Shown here piece after piece: positions 38,681-49,201 of a stretch of DNA of 64,000 nucleotides. Origin of the DNA: Candidatus Sumerlaeales bacterium (GTDB taxonomy: Bacteria > Sumerlaeota > Sumerlaeia > Sumerlaeales > Sumerlaeaceae); contig JBBSQY010000011.1 in NCBI GenBank assembly GCA_038243585.1, forward strand, positions 16,154-80,153. Reading direction: 5' to 3'. Both the position numbers and the translations under genes were made by a program. Below the pieces are notes generated by a model, which saw only the letters and a program-made list of their open reading frames with translations, had not been told where the DNA came from and did not search any database. How positions within the stretch are numbered: the first letter of the stretch is position 1; each line of letters opens with the position of its first letter.

Positions 38681-38978
38681 CTTTTCCCCTACTATTTAAG
38701 AACTCTGTCGCCGGGAACACCATGGGCTGGCGTATCACCGGTTGCACAGGTAACCAGCGATATCATAACGTCTAAAAGAAGCGGCAATTGTTCCCGGGCA
38801 AATGCAAGCACTTTGCTGCGTCTTTTGGGTTTGTGGAGATCGAACGGGAAATCTCTGTTGCTTTACAGCATTAAATCAGCCCTCGTCAAATCGTCAGAAT
38901 CGTTGACATCATCATAAGTCTCAGACCCTGACTGACGTTGTAATCCTCATTCCATTAATAAAAAGCGGACGGTCCCTC

Positions 38979-40538
38979 ATGCGTAATATTTTGTTGGCAG
39001 CTTTTCAGGTTTTTGCGATCCTGCTGATCGGGGGCTCGGCCCGGGCGGAGTCTCTCCGGGTTGGAGACATTCTTATCAGAAATGGCCGAGTGATTGACGG
39101 GACAGGCGCCGCGGCGGTGGAAGCGGACGTGCTGGTACGCGGCGACAAGATTATCGCGGTTGAAAAATCGCTTCGCATTGATTCAGCGGATACAACCGGC
39201 GGCGTGACGATTATTGACGCCGCTGGACGGGTCGTAACTCCGGGGTTTATTGATACGCACTCTCACGGCGATCCGGCGACTCATCCGGATATGCACAACT
39301 TTCTTGCCATGGGCGTTACAACACTATGCCTCGGTCAGGATGGGAGCAGCAACCCCGTGACTACAATGAGTCAATGGTTGGACGACATGGCAACTACGGG
39401 GCTGGGGCCGAATGTTCTGACGTTTGTGGGTCACGGAACGGTGCGAACGGAATCGGGCGTGGGACTCTCGACGCAAATAACGCCGGCGCAGCTTGATAAG
39501 ATGGCAGCCCTGGTGGAGCAGGGATTGGAAGCGGGAGCTTTCGGACTGACGACCGGGCTGGAATATCAGCCGGGCTCGTTTTCCCGTGCGGAGGAACTGG
39601 CGGCAGTCGCGCGACCGGTAGGTAAGCGGGGCCTGGTCGTGATGAGCCATATGCGAAACGAAGACGATGACCAGGTTACCTCTTCTATACTGGAGCTTAT
39701 CAACCAATGCCGGACCGCAGGCGCGAATGCTCATATTTCACACATCAAATCCGTATATGGCAAAGGCAGCGGACGCGCAGAGGAGATTCTGACGCTATTG
39801 GACAAGGCGCGGGCGGAGGGAACGGCCATCACTGCAGATATCTATCCCTACACCGCCAGCCATACAGGCCTGAGTATTTTGTTTCCGCCCTATGCGCTGC
39901 CGCCAAACAGTTACACGGAGACCCTCGCGACGCGTCGCGATGAACTGGTTCAGTATCTGAATGATAGGGTTACAAAACGAAACGGCCCGGAAGCGACGCT
40001 GCTTGGGACTGGGGAAAACGCGGGCAAGACGCTGGCGGATCTGGCGGCAGAGCGCGGCAAACCGTTTGCGGAAGTGCTTGCGGATCTGGGACCTCGGGGA
40101 GGAAGCGCGGCGTATTTCGTAATGAACGAGGACCTGCAAAGCCGACTGCTGGTAGCGGATGGCGTCAACATCTGCACCGACGGAAGCCCCACCATGCGAC
40201 ACCCGCGTAGTTATGGCGCATTTGCACGGGTGATTCGAAAATTTGTAAATGATGAAAAACTTCTTACGCTGGAGGAGGCGATCCACAAGATGAGCGGCCT
40301 TCCTGCGCAAACGATAGGCCTGGACAAGCAGGCGCGCGGCACCATTAAGCCCGGCAACTTCGCCGACATTCTCATTTTCGATCCGGCTAAAGTTCAAGAC
40401 ACCGCAACCTTTGAGGAGCCGCACCAGCTGGCGGAAGGGTTTGAAACGGTGCTGGTGAACGGCGTCATCATTCGCGACGAGAGCAAATTTAACGGTAAAC
40501 GCGGTGGTCAGGTGATTCGCCATCAGGGAAAGAAGTAG
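38979..40538 (+). CDS. N-acyl-D-amino-acid deacylase (D-aminoacylase), amidohydrolase superfamily, secreted
   Basis: Signal peptide. A metal-binding GFIDTHSHGD motif and a later HISH motif are typical of D-aminoacylases. Length 519 aa. Confidence 0.7.
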   Translation: MRNILLAAFQVFAILLIGGSARAESLRVGDILIRNGRVIDGTGAAAVEADVLVRGDKIIAVEKSLRIDSADTTGGVTIIDAAGRVVTPGFIDTHSHGDPATHPDMHNFLAMGVTTLCLGQDGSSNPVTTMSQWLDDMATTGLGPNVLTFVGHGTVRTESGVGLSTQITPAQLDKMAALVEQGLEAGAFGLTTGLEYQPGSFSRAEELAAVARPVGKRGLVVMSHMRNEDDDQVTSSILELINQCRTAGANAHISHIKSVYGKGSGRAEEILTLLDKARAEGTAITADIYPYTASHTGLSILFPPYALPPNSYTETLATRRDELVQYLNDRVTKRNGPEATLLGTGENAGKTLADLAAERGKPFAEVLADLGPRGGSAAYFVMNEDLQSRLLVADGVNICTDGSPTMRHPRSYGAFARVIRKFVNDEKLLTLEEAIHKMSGLPAQTIGLDKQARGTIKPGNFADILIFDPAKVQDTATFEEPHQLAEGFETVLVNGVIIRDESKFNGKRGGQVIRHQGKK

Positions 40539-40680
40539 ATGTATCCAACGCCAGCCCGCCGATTCTTATACCCATATTATGACTTTTGGGAACCACCAAT
40601 AAACGTAGGATATTAATGTTTTTAAAAATCAAACTGATGGTGTCTGCAAAAGTCTGAACGCAGGTTGGGGGAGCTCTTCA

Positions 40681-42504
40681 TTGTTTTTATCCAGATACAA
40701 GCTGCACCGTCTCATAGTAGTTACGACACTGGCAGTATTATCGGTTGCGCCTATTTCGGCTCAACTCCTCGATGAGGCGGTTTGGTTTCAGCGGCCTGTG
40801 GGGCAGGGAGTTTATTGGAAATACTATCATTTCAAAAACCTGTTTGGCTCCAGACAAAGCGTTTCCTACATTGAAGTCGACCTTTCCACCCCTAACGTGA
40901 ATCTTGCAATAAATTACAGAGACAGCTATGTCGGCCCCAGCCCTGGCACAGGAAGCCCTTTATATCCCCGGGCGCCGACAAGCACTTTGGCACAGGGCAT
41001 TCCTGGTTCAAAAGCGGCGATCAATGGGACCTATTTCAATACAGCATCATATGATTCGACCAACCCGACGGTCCCATGGGGCGGTGGAACAACTTATCTG
41101 AAAGTAGATGGTTCAACTATACACAATTTTGATGGTACCAGCGTAAACCGGTATCTCATGGGAATCCTGTTTAACAGTAAAGACGATGTTACTGTATTCA
41201 AGAGGTCTGGTGCCTGGGCCAATCGTAGTGGTTCGTGGAATAACATGATGATTAGTGGACCCATCCTGGTTAACAACGGCTCCATAGAAACTTATGCCGG
41301 GGACAACACTCATGCCAATGCTCGACATCCGCGTTCTGCAGTGGGCAAAACCGCCGTCGGCAACAAACTGATAATGCTTACGGTGGACGGCCGAACGGCT
41401 GAGTCGGCTGGGATGTCATGCACGGAGCTGGCGCAGGTGATGAAGGCATTGGGCTGCAATTACGCGGTGAATCTGGATGGCGGCGGATCAACGACATTGT
41501 GGGCGACGGGCGAGCCTTTTAGCGGTGTAGTAAACTATCCTTCCGACAACGGCGAGTTCGATCACCTCGGACAACGGTTCTGCGCGAATGCACTCGTGGT
41601 TACATCGACAGCTCCGGTCAAGCCGGCGTATGATGCGCGTTTGACAGGGCTGACCTACGATTCACTGACGCGCAGTCAGGATGTTGTTACCGTGACGGCC
41701 AGCTACACGAACATTGGCAGCGCCACATGGACTTCGTCTAACGTGGACGTGGTGCCAAGCCGGAATTTTGGACGTAGCAGCGCGTTCATTCCCGCCGGCA
41801 GCGAAAACAATTTTGATGTAATGACGCCTTCAAGCGTGGCGCCGGGCCAGACGGCAACCTTTAAGTTGAATCTGAAAGCCCCGGTGGTGGCGGCCAACCG
41901 CAGCTATGAGGAAAACTTCGCCTTGTGGAACTCATCCACCGGTTATTTCGGACCTGCGGATGGAGAACTGAAAGTGCAGACGACGGTGCGTCCGGCGATT
42001 ACTGGCGCGCCACCGTTGCTGGTGGTGCAGGGAACCAGTGACGGACCAAATAATCAATGGTATCTGGAAGGTCTGGGAAACTGGGGAAACTCGAGTGTGG
42101 GCTTCAGTGCGCCGGGAGTTGCGAACTCCGGCACGCAGCGCTATGTGTCGGCTACGGTAACAGGACAGCACGCTGACTTCAGGCCGATTTTCGAAGTTCG
42201 GGGTGTGTATCGAGTAGACGTGGCCTTCCCTGCCAGCAGCAGCAATATTAATCCTGTTCACTACACGGTGAATCATCTGAACGGCTCTCAAACAGCCACT
42301 GTAAATCAGAACAACAGCGACCTTGCCAATAAGTGGCAACTGCTTGGAGAGTTTCCTTTTGGAACGGATTCTATCGCCAACCTTGGGGTCCACTCGGTTC
42401 GAGTAAGTAACAACACATCCACAGGCAATCGCTTCTACTCAGGGGCCATACGGCTTGACTATGTTGGCCCCCTGGCAGACGTTACCGACTGGGCTCTATA
42501 TTAA
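40681..42504 (+). CDS. Phosphodiester glycosidase (NAGPA/DUF2233) family protein with C-terminal Ig-like domains
   Basis: The NAGPA-domain hallmark ALGCNYAVNLDGGGSTTLW, an N-terminal signal, and about 250 aa of C-terminal beta-sandwich-like sequence. Confidence 0.6.
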   Translation: MFLSRYKLHRLIVVTTLAVLSVAPISAQLLDEAVWFQRPVGQGVYWKYYHFKNLFGSRQSVSYIEVDLSTPNVNLAINYRDSYVGPSPGTGSPLYPRAPTSTLAQGIPGSKAAINGTYFNTASYDSTNPTVPWGGGTTYLKVDGSTIHNFDGTSVNRYLMGILFNSKDDVTVFKRSGAWANRSGSWNNMMISGPILVNNGSIETYAGDNTHANARHPRSAVGKTAVGNKLIMLTVDGRTAESAGMSCTELAQVMKALGCNYAVNLDGGGSTTLWATGEPFSGVVNYPSDNGEFDHLGQRFCANALVVTSTAPVKPAYDARLTGLTYDSLTRSQDVVTVTASYTNIGSATWTSSNVDVVPSRNFGRSSAFIPAGSENNFDVMTPSSVAPGQTATFKLNLKAPVVAANRSYEENFALWNSSTGYFGPADGELKVQTTVRPAITGAPPLLVVQGTSDGPNNQWYLEGLGNWGNSSVGFSAPGVANSGTQRYVSATVTGQHADFRPIFEVRGVYRVDVAFPASSSNINPVHYTVNHLNGSQTATVNQNNSDLANKWQLLGEFPFGTDSIANLGVHSVRVSNNTSTGNRFYSGAIRLDYVGPLADVTDWALY

Positions 42505-42687
42505 GTTTCCACGGCAAACCTGAATGATGTAAATTGAAATAAGCGCGTTAAACCATGTCTGATAATACATAAAGTGAAGCCCGGAATGATCAGTTCATTC
42601 CGGGCTTTTTCTTTTGCTCTATTTGCACAAGCGAGACGCCTACGCTGCATCAATCCACGATAAGCTCTTGAACTGAGTAACGCCCGC

Positions 42688-44727
42688 TTACTTTGTGATG
42701 ATCATCAGATGTCCGCCGGCGGGCCGGAGCTTTGCGATGATGGTATCGGAAGCAGTCGCGGGGGCTTTACTGATTTCAAGCTGCTCCATTTTGGCGTTTG
42801 GCACCATGTCATCCGCATAACTTTTCACAGTGAAGTTGCCAGGGCCAAGGAATTCAAGAGGTATGGCCAAGTCCCTGGCTTCGCCGTCGGTCATCGTAGC
42901 GACATACCAGGTGTCGCCGCTACGCCGGGCGATAGTTATGTGATCGCCCACGGCCCCATTCACCACTCGCGTTTCATCCCATGTGGTCGGAGTGTTAACC
43001 ATAGCCTCCAGGCCCGGCTGTCCACGATAGGCGGCAGGATAATCCGACGTCATAGGCAGATACCCCTCGTAGACGACGTAGCGGGCGAGTTCCCTCGCGC
43101 GGGTGCCCATCACCAGCGGAGCGACGTACCGCGGCTTATAATCCTCCGGCTTAACGTATCGGAACCCGCCGGAATGAAAATCCAGCGGACCGGCCAGCAT
43201 CCGTGTGAAAGGGACAATCAGCTCATGTTCCGGCGAGCTACCCTTTTTGTCCCACTTGTTGAACTCCAGATTCAGCACCGCCTCGTAAGTCATGAGGTTG
43301 GGATAGGTCCGGTTGAGGCCGGTCGGCTTATAAGTATTGTGCAGGGTGATCGTCAGATGGTGTTTCGCCGCAAGGGCTACCGCTTCGTGGATGAAGTTGA
43401 CAACGTCTTGATCATCTCTATCAAAGAAGTCCAGCATCACGCCTTCAATCCCCCACTTTTCGTAAAGAGGAAAGGCCTTGTGCATATGCATTCGAGCCGC
43501 CTCCCAAGCCATCCACAGTCTCAGGCGCACACCTTTTTCTTTTGCATAACTGAGCACCTGTGGCAGATCCAGCGCCGCCAGCGTTGTGGTGGTGATGTCA
43601 GCTCCTTTGTATGGGCGCAGCGGGCCGCCATACCAGGCAGAACCTTTCACCCCGTCAAGAGAGTGGTATTCGATGCCAGCTTCGGCACAAAAGTCGATGT
43701 AGTGCTTTGCGGTATCTGTGTTCAGACCGCCCTTAAAGCCGACGGCGTCGTCCAATTTGAATCCATTCCACCAGGGAAAGGTGGTTTTGCCGGGCTTGAT
43801 CCAAGAGGTGTCGGCGATGACCGATGGCGGATTCAGGTTATTGACCAGGTTTGACTCGATGAGCCGCCCGGGTTGATCGCCAATCATAAATACACGCCAG
43901 GGGGTGTCGTGCGGAAGGGTAGATTCGACTTTGATTCCCTCGTGGCCAGGCAGTTCGGAAAGGATGCTGGAGAGCAGACCAGCGGTGCCTGTAGTTGGGG
44001 CAAGATACATTCCGGCGTAATCCTGAAGATGCGCCTCGGTGATAGCCATGACTGTCTCGTCCGGATATTGAACGAGCAACGGTAGATAAAGCAGTTGCTC
44101 TGCGGACACAGCGTCAAGCGGACCGGGCTTGTAATACGACTCATAAGGGGATTTAAAATCAGGGGCCGGCAACGGATAAGCCACGGGATTATTTTCGATT
44201 TTAAATTCCGACTGTTCTTCCGCTACTATGAATCGGTCCAGGGCAGGCTGTTCCGGCACCCGATACCGGAAAGCGGCTCCGTCGTCGTAGGCTCGAAAGA
44301 TTATATCGAGCTTTCGTTTAGCTCCGGCTGACTCTTCCAGCGAAATGACCGCCTCGTTATAATGATCGCGGGCCGAGCTGGTTTTACCGGGAAAAACCTT
44401 ATAGGTAGTATCGCTGGTGCGGTCTTCGATTCCGGTTATGTGCAAGGGGCCCAGCGGACCCGCCGGAGCCAGATCAAGCCCAAGGGCAGATTGGCCTACG
44501 AGGGTTTTGTCACGAAAGGATATGGTGTAGCAGGGCACAGAAGTCTGGTCGCCACGCGACGCCAGATCAAAGCGGATCTTAATCCGCTTATCGGGAGATT
44601 CAATGACTGCCGCGGCGTTAACGGCCGGAAGTTGTTGTGTTTCGCTCGCTGCAGTGTCCGCGTATGCAGCGCAAATCACAATGGATAGCATTGGAGCTAG
44701 TATCGCACAAACGCTTAGTTTTTGCAT
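42688..44727 (-). CDS. Glycoside hydrolase family 97 (alpha-glucosidase/alpha-galactosidase-like)
   Basis: Recalled GH97 motifs VMLDFFDRDDQ and FTRMLAGPLDFHSGGF. The 679 aa length fits GH97, and there is an N-terminal signal peptide. Confidence 0.65.
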   Translation of the reverse strand: MQKLSVCAILAPMLSIVICAAYADTAASETQQLPAVNAAAVIESPDKRIKIRFDLASRGDQTSVPCYTISFRDKTLVGQSALGLDLAPAGPLGPLHITGIEDRTSDTTYKVFPGKTSSARDHYNEAVISLEESAGAKRKLDIIFRAYDDGAAFRYRVPEQPALDRFIVAEEQSEFKIENNPVAYPLPAPDFKSPYESYYKPGPLDAVSAEQLLYLPLLVQYPDETVMAITEAHLQDYAGMYLAPTTGTAGLLSSILSELPGHEGIKVESTLPHDTPWRVFMIGDQPGRLIESNLVNNLNPPSVIADTSWIKPGKTTFPWWNGFKLDDAVGFKGGLNTDTAKHYIDFCAEAGIEYHSLDGVKGSAWYGGPLRPYKGADITTTTLAALDLPQVLSYAKEKGVRLRLWMAWEAARMHMHKAFPLYEKWGIEGVMLDFFDRDDQDVVNFIHEAVALAAKHHLTITLHNTYKPTGLNRTYPNLMTYEAVLNLEFNKWDKKGSSPEHELIVPFTRMLAGPLDFHSGGFRYVKPEDYKPRYVAPLVMGTRARELARYVVYEGYLPMTSDYPAAYRGQPGLEAMVNTPTTWDETRVVNGAVGDHITIARRSGDTWYVATMTDGEARDLAIPLEFLGPGNFTVKSYADDMVPNAKMEQLEISKAPATASDTIIAKLRPAGGHLMIITK

Positions 44728-44939
44728 AAGTTTTTTCCAGCATTATTTAGATTAAATACAATGGATGATATGCAAACCGGACCGTAGGTAAAGTCAAACT
44801 TATAAGCCAGCGGGCCAGCGGGCGGCAGCTGCGGAAACGGTTTAAAGCGAAGGGGCACTTAGTCGAAAGATGCCATTACACCTCTGAGGCGCCTATTCGA
44901 GAGTGGACATTTGACACCATTATGAAAAAATGAAAACGT

Positions 44940-45095
44940 CATAGCAGTGAAAATTTATTTTCGGCTGCAACCCCTTGCGTAAGGATGCGAGGGACACTGC
45001 TCACCGGATGTATTTTGTCGTTCAATAGAACAGCCGGAGCTTTATCGGTGTTACCTTCATCAGGCTGATGGATTGCTTCATCTATCGCACTTTTC
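44940..45095 (+). ncRNA. Structured 5' leader of the moa operon (candidate Moco-type riboswitch/attenuator)
   Basis: A long-range 7 bp helix (AGCAGTG 44943-44949 with CACTGCT 44995-45001) encloses a local hairpin CCCTTGC/GCGAGGG. More CAGCC/GGCTG pairings occur before the moaA start. Moco RNA motifs are known upstream of moaA in other bacteria. This is unverified. Confidence 0.25.
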
Positions 45096-46115
45096 GTGGC
45101 CGAATGTGGATTGTTCTTCTCGATGACTGATTTTAAACTGGTAGATTCCTATGGTCGCCAGATGACCTACCTGCGACTCTCCGTCACAGATCAGTGCCAG
45201 TTTCGTTGCGTTTACTGCATGCCTCCGGAAGGAATTGCCATGCTTCCGCGTGCCGATTATATGACTGCCGGTGAAATGGAATTGTTCGTTCGAGCGGTCG
45301 CGGCTATGGGGGTATGGCGGCTGCGGCTTACAGGCGGTGAACCGCTGATTCGGAAAGACATCGTCTCGCTTGTGGAACGGTTTTCGAAGATACCGGGCGT
45401 TGAAGACCTTTCGCTGACGACGAACGGCGAACGGTTGCCGGAACTGGTGGGTGATCTTAAACGGGCTGGCCTTCGCCGCCTGAACATCAGTCTGGACAGC
45501 ATGAATCCGGAGCGCTTCAAGGAGCTGACGTTGTCCGGTTCTTTTGACAAGGTTTGGAATGGAATCCATCAGAGCTTGGAAGCTGGACTTAAAGTAAAGA
45601 TTAACGTCGTCGTGATGAACGGCATCACTGCGGAGGAAATTGACGACTTCGCGCGGCTCGCTTTTGAGCAGCCTGTCGAGGTGCGGTTTATTGAGTTTAT
45701 GCCGCTGTGCGGCACCGGCTGGCGTCCGGATTTGACCTTGCCTATTGATGTGGTACGTTCCCAAATCGCCACGAACTACAACCTGGAGCCTCTCCCCCGC
45801 GGCAGCGAAGTGGCAGAAAGTTATCGCATGGTCGGCGGTAAAGGTGGCGTGGGATATATCGCGTCAATGACAGAGCCTTTTTGTTCAACCTGCTCCCGCA
45901 TCCGCATCAGCGCCACCGGCCGAATACAGCTTTGTTTGTTTTCTAATATTACATATAACCTGCTGCCAGCGCTTCGCAAGGAAGCCTCTATTGAGGAGAT
46001 ACAGGCGGAGGTGCGCAAGGCGGTAATGAGCAAGCCGGAAAGCCACCCGTGGGTAGACGGCAAGAGCCAGGTAAAACCGGAAGAGACTGCCATGATAAGG
46101 ACGATAGGTGGATAA
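45096..46115 (+). CDS. moaA: GTP 3',8-cyclase (radical SAM)
   Basis: YLRLSVTDQCQFRCVYCMP radical-SAM CxxxCxxC motif and a C-terminal second cluster (CSTCSRIRISATGRIQLC). The ORF-track start at 45096 is GTG, and the ATG at 45123 (MTDFKLVD) is more likely. Confidence 0.85.
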   Translation: MAECGLFFSMTDFKLVDSYGRQMTYLRLSVTDQCQFRCVYCMPPEGIAMLPRADYMTAGEMELFVRAVAAMGVWRLRLTGGEPLIRKDIVSLVERFSKIPGVEDLSLTTNGERLPELVGDLKRAGLRRLNISLDSMNPERFKELTLSGSFDKVWNGIHQSLEAGLKVKINVVVMNGITAEEIDDFARLAFEQPVEVRFIEFMPLCGTGWRPDLTLPIDVVRSQIATNYNLEPLPRGSEVAESYRMVGGKGGVGYIASMTEPFCSTCSRIRISATGRIQLCLFSNITYNLLPALRKEASIEEIQAEVRKAVMSKPESHPWVDGKSQVKPEETAMIRTIGG

Positions 46116-47028
46116 GGGCGGCATGCGCAATATTGCGCACAAAAACGACACGCTGCGAATCGCCACCGCGCAAGCGGTTGTGCATATGCATGAATCAACC
46201 ATTCAGCTTTTAAAAGATGGAAAGGCGCCGAAGGGTGATCCGCTTCCCCATGCGCGCATAGCAGCCATTATCGCTGCGAAGAAGACATCGGATCTGATCC
46301 CCTATTGTCATCCCCTGCTGATCGACTGTGTAACGGCTGACTTCGAGCTTGGCCATGATTCGGTCACTATAACTGTTACCGTGACAGCGGTGGCCAAGAC
46401 AGGCGTGGAAATGGAAGCGCTGACCGGGGCATCGCTGGCGGCGTTGACAATTTATGATATGTTGAAGCCAGTGGATAAAGACATGGAGATTCTGGGCTGC
46501 AAGCTGATCGACAAAAAAGGCGGCAAGTCAAGCTTTCCAGCGGGCGCGCCGGTGGGATTGAAAGTCGCGATTGTGGTGGTGTCTGATTCTACGGCGGCGG
46601 GAATTCGCATTGATAAGTCCGGCGCGCTGATTCGTGAGCGCCTCGCATCCTATGGCGTTGAGGATCCGATAATGCAGACGCTGCCCGATGAACAAGGACA
46701 GATTTCCCAGGCTCTCATTGATCTCGAGGAGAATGGCTGCGATCTTGTGTTAACCACTGGTGGTACAGGGTTGGGACCGCGCGATGTTACCGCCGCAGCC
46801 ACCAGGGATGTTATTGATAGAGAGGCGCCGGGCATTGCGGAGGCTATGCGATCCTACGGCCAGCGCCGCATGCCGTTTGCGATGTTGTCGCAGGGCGTGG
46901 CGGGGCTGCGCGGAACAACGCTGATTATCAACCTGCCCGGGTCAACCGCAGGGGTGGACGAATCCATGACGGCGATCTTTCCAGCGGTTTTTCACGCCTT
47001 TCCGATAATGGAAGGAGGAGGGCATTAA
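46108..47028 (+). CDS. moaC: Bifunctional cyclic pyranopterin monophosphate synthase MoaC fused to a MogA/MoaB-type molybdopterin adenylyltransferase domain
   Basis: The N-terminal half carries MoaC motifs (HMHESTIQLLKDG, DLIPYCHPLL, KTGVEMEALT). The C-terminal half is a MogA/MoaB fold (VVSDSTAAG...LVLTTGGTGLGPRDVT). It overlaps moaA by 8 nt. Confidence 0.8.
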   Translation: MDKGGMRNIAHKNDTLRIATAQAVVHMHESTIQLLKDGKAPKGDPLPHARIAAIIAAKKTSDLIPYCHPLLIDCVTADFELGHDSVTITVTVTAVAKTGVEMEALTGASLAALTIYDMLKPVDKDMEILGCKLIDKKGGKSSFPAGAPVGLKVAIVVVSDSTAAGIRIDKSGALIRERLASYGVEDPIMQTLPDEQGQISQALIDLEENGCDLVLTTGGTGLGPRDVTAAATRDVIDREAPGIAEAMRSYGQRRMPFAMLSQGVAGLRGTTLIINLPGSTAGVDESMTAIFPAVFHAFPIMEGGGH

Positions 47029-47769
47029 ATGCTCGCGTTAATACCCCTGTTTTTTCTTACGGCCCTGGCGTATTCCATGGCGGGATTTGGTGGCGGATCC
47101 ACCTACCTGGCGCTCCTTGTTCTTTTTGATCTGCCTCACGATTCAGTTAGAACAATCGCGTTAATGTGTAATGTAGCTGTGGTGACCTTCGGCACCTGGC
47201 ATTTTGCCAGGGGCGGACATCTGAGACTGCAAAAGGTTCTGCCGTTCGTGGTAACGTCAATTCCCATGGCTTATTTGGGCGGCACGATCCAGATTAGTAA
47301 GACTCTATTTACATTCTTGCTTGGGATATCGCTGGCGGTGGCGGCGGCGCGAATGTTATGGGTGGGTAAAGCCATTGAGCCGACTACAACAGTGAAACCG
47401 CAAACTATATGGTTGGTCGGAGCCCCTTTGGGTGCGATGCTGGGATTTCTTGCGGGCATTGTGGGAATCGGCGGAGGGATTTACCTGGCTCCCGTGCTCC
47501 TTTTTCTGGGTTGGGCTAACGCCAAAGAAATGGCGGCCGCAGCAAGTTTTTTCATCCTTGTCAATTCACTGGCGGGCCTGGCCGGACAGGCAACACGAGG
47601 CATTAATTTTGAGATGAACCTTCTGCTTCCGCTCCTTGTCGCCGTGTTGATGGGAGGACAGATCGGAAGCAGGCTGGGCACTTATAAACTGCCGAAGCTT
47701 GCGATTCAGAAACTTTCGGGGGCTTTAATTCTGCTGGTGTCGGGCCGCCTGCTCTGGGCGCTGATATGA
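47029..47769 (+). CDS. TauE/SafE (DUF81) family anion exporter embedded in the moa operon
   Basis: AGFGGGSTYL and IVGIGGGIYLAP motifs and eight TM helices. It starts 1 nt after the moaC stop and overlaps moeA by 4 nt. Confidence 0.7.
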   Translation: MLALIPLFFLTALAYSMAGFGGGSTYLALLVLFDLPHDSVRTIALMCNVAVVTFGTWHFARGGHLRLQKVLPFVVTSIPMAYLGGTIQISKTLFTFLLGISLAVAAARMLWVGKAIEPTTTVKPQTIWLVGAPLGAMLGFLAGIVGIGGGIYLAPVLLFLGWANAKEMAAAASFFILVNSLAGLAGQATRGINFEMNLLLPLLVAVLMGGQIGSRLGTYKLPKLAIQKLSGALILLVSGRLLWALI

Positions 47770-48980
47770 TTGATGTGAAAGAAGCTCAACAGATCATCCT
47801 TTCAACCGTTCGCGTTCAGCCGGCTGAGGAATGCGGGCTGTCGGAAGCCTGCGGGCGCGTTTTGGCTGAAGACCTGGCGTCGCCTATTTCCATGCCGTTG
47901 TTTGACAACTCGGCAATGGATGGCTATGCTTTGCGGAGCTGCGATGTCGCAGCGGCCACGGAGGACAATCCAGTTTATCTGACCCTCTCGGGAGAAGTGG
48001 CTGCGGGAGATGGCGTTGAATCCGGAATGATGCTCCAGCCGCATCACGCGGCGCAGATATTTACCGGGGCAATGGTGCCGGCGGGGGCGGATGCCGTGAT
48101 ACGGCAGGAAGATGTAACCGCAGAGGAAACAAAGATTACAATTAAGCGGGCAGTTAAGCTCAATGAAAACATCCGGTTTATGGGGGAAGAAATAAGGCAC
48201 GGAGATAAGGTGCTGACGGCGGGGACAAGGCTATCTCCCGCCGGAGTGGGCGTGCTGGCGAGTTTGGGCCAAACGAGCATTTCCGTATTTTCTCGACCAC
48301 GAGTGGGAATTTTAGTGACTGGTTCGGAAATCGTCGGCGCAACGGCTGACCTTCGGCCGGGTAAGATTTTCGACTCGAATTCATTCGCGCTTGCGGCAGC
48401 ACTTCGGGAATTGGACATACCAGTCACGTTTCAGAAAACTTGCATTGATGACCGGGAAACACTGCAGCGGGAGCTTATTGACGGATTGAACCAGACCGAT
48501 GTGCTTCTGGTAACTGGTGGGGTTTCCGTGGGGAAATATGATTTCGTGAAAGAAACGGCCGCGAAGGTCGGCATTGAAGAGTTATTCTGGCGCGTAAAAC
48601 AAAAGCCGGGCAAGCCGATATTTTTTGGAGCCACCACTGACAGGACCAAACTTTTTTTCGGCCTTCCGGGAAATCCGGCCTCTGTTTTAGTTAGCTTTTA
48701 CGAATACGTGCGCCCTGCGCTATTGAGTGCCATGGGGATGAGAGGTCCCTTTCTTACAGCCACAATAGCAACGCTTAAAAACGACTTCTCAAAACGCGTT
48801 GGCCTAACCCATTTTTTAAAGGGCAACCTTGCCTCGGACGGAACGGTCGAAATTCTTGAGCGTCAGGGATCGCACATGATGTCTTCGTTCGCCAGGGCAA
48901 ATTGCCTGGTGGTTTTGGGCGAGGCTGTTAACGATCTAGCCAAAGGAGACAAGGTGGAGGTTCACCTTTTAGCTGTATGA
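47766..48980 (+). CDS. moeA: Molybdopterin molybdotransferase
   Basis: MoeA architecture with SPISMPLFDNSAMDGYA and LVTGGVSVG motifs; 404 aa. Confidence 0.85.
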   Translation: MIDVKEAQQIILSTVRVQPAEECGLSEACGRVLAEDLASPISMPLFDNSAMDGYALRSCDVAAATEDNPVYLTLSGEVAAGDGVESGMMLQPHHAAQIFTGAMVPAGADAVIRQEDVTAEETKITIKRAVKLNENIRFMGEEIRHGDKVLTAGTRLSPAGVGVLASLGQTSISVFSRPRVGILVTGSEIVGATADLRPGKIFDSNSFALAAALRELDIPVTFQKTCIDDRETLQRELIDGLNQTDVLLVTGGVSVGKYDFVKETAAKVGIEELFWRVKQKPGKPIFFGATTDRTKLFFGLPGNPASVLVSFYEYVRPALLSAMGMRGPFLTATIATLKNDFSKRVGLTHFLKGNLASDGTVEILERQGSHMMSSFARANCLVVLGEAVNDLAKGDKVEVHLLAV

Positions 48981-49201
48981 AAATTCGAGTGTTGTATTTC
49001 GCGGCTATAAGAGAGCAGATGGGCCAGGCGGAAGCCACAATTGAAGTGGCTCCCGGCGAAACGCCGTCAAGCATGGCGAAGCAGCTTATGGGTTCGGATG
49101 CGACTTTGCTGTTCGCGGTCAACGATGAACTTGTCGCAAAGGACTATGCCTTGGCAGACGGCGATCAGTTAGCCTTTATTCCCCCCATGGCAGGCGGGTG
49201 A
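48977..49201 (+). CDS. moaD: Molybdopterin synthase sulfur-carrier subunit
   Basis: 74 aa ubiquitin-like protein ending in the diagnostic Gly-Gly (FIPPMAGG). ATGA overlaps on both sides. Confidence 0.7.
   Translation: MKIRVLYFAAIREQMGQAEATIEVAPGETPSSMAKQLMGSDATLLFAVNDELVAKDYALADGDQLAFIPPMAGG

Noticed and set aside
39795-40523. 242 aa minus-strand ORF inside the D-aminoacylase gene
   Set aside because: An antisense overlap with a motif-supported CDS. It has no start context or RBS.
42709-43854. 381 aa plus-strand ORF overlapping the GH97 gene
   Set aside because: Antisense to the GH97 CDS, which carries conserved GH97 motifs. It has no independent support.
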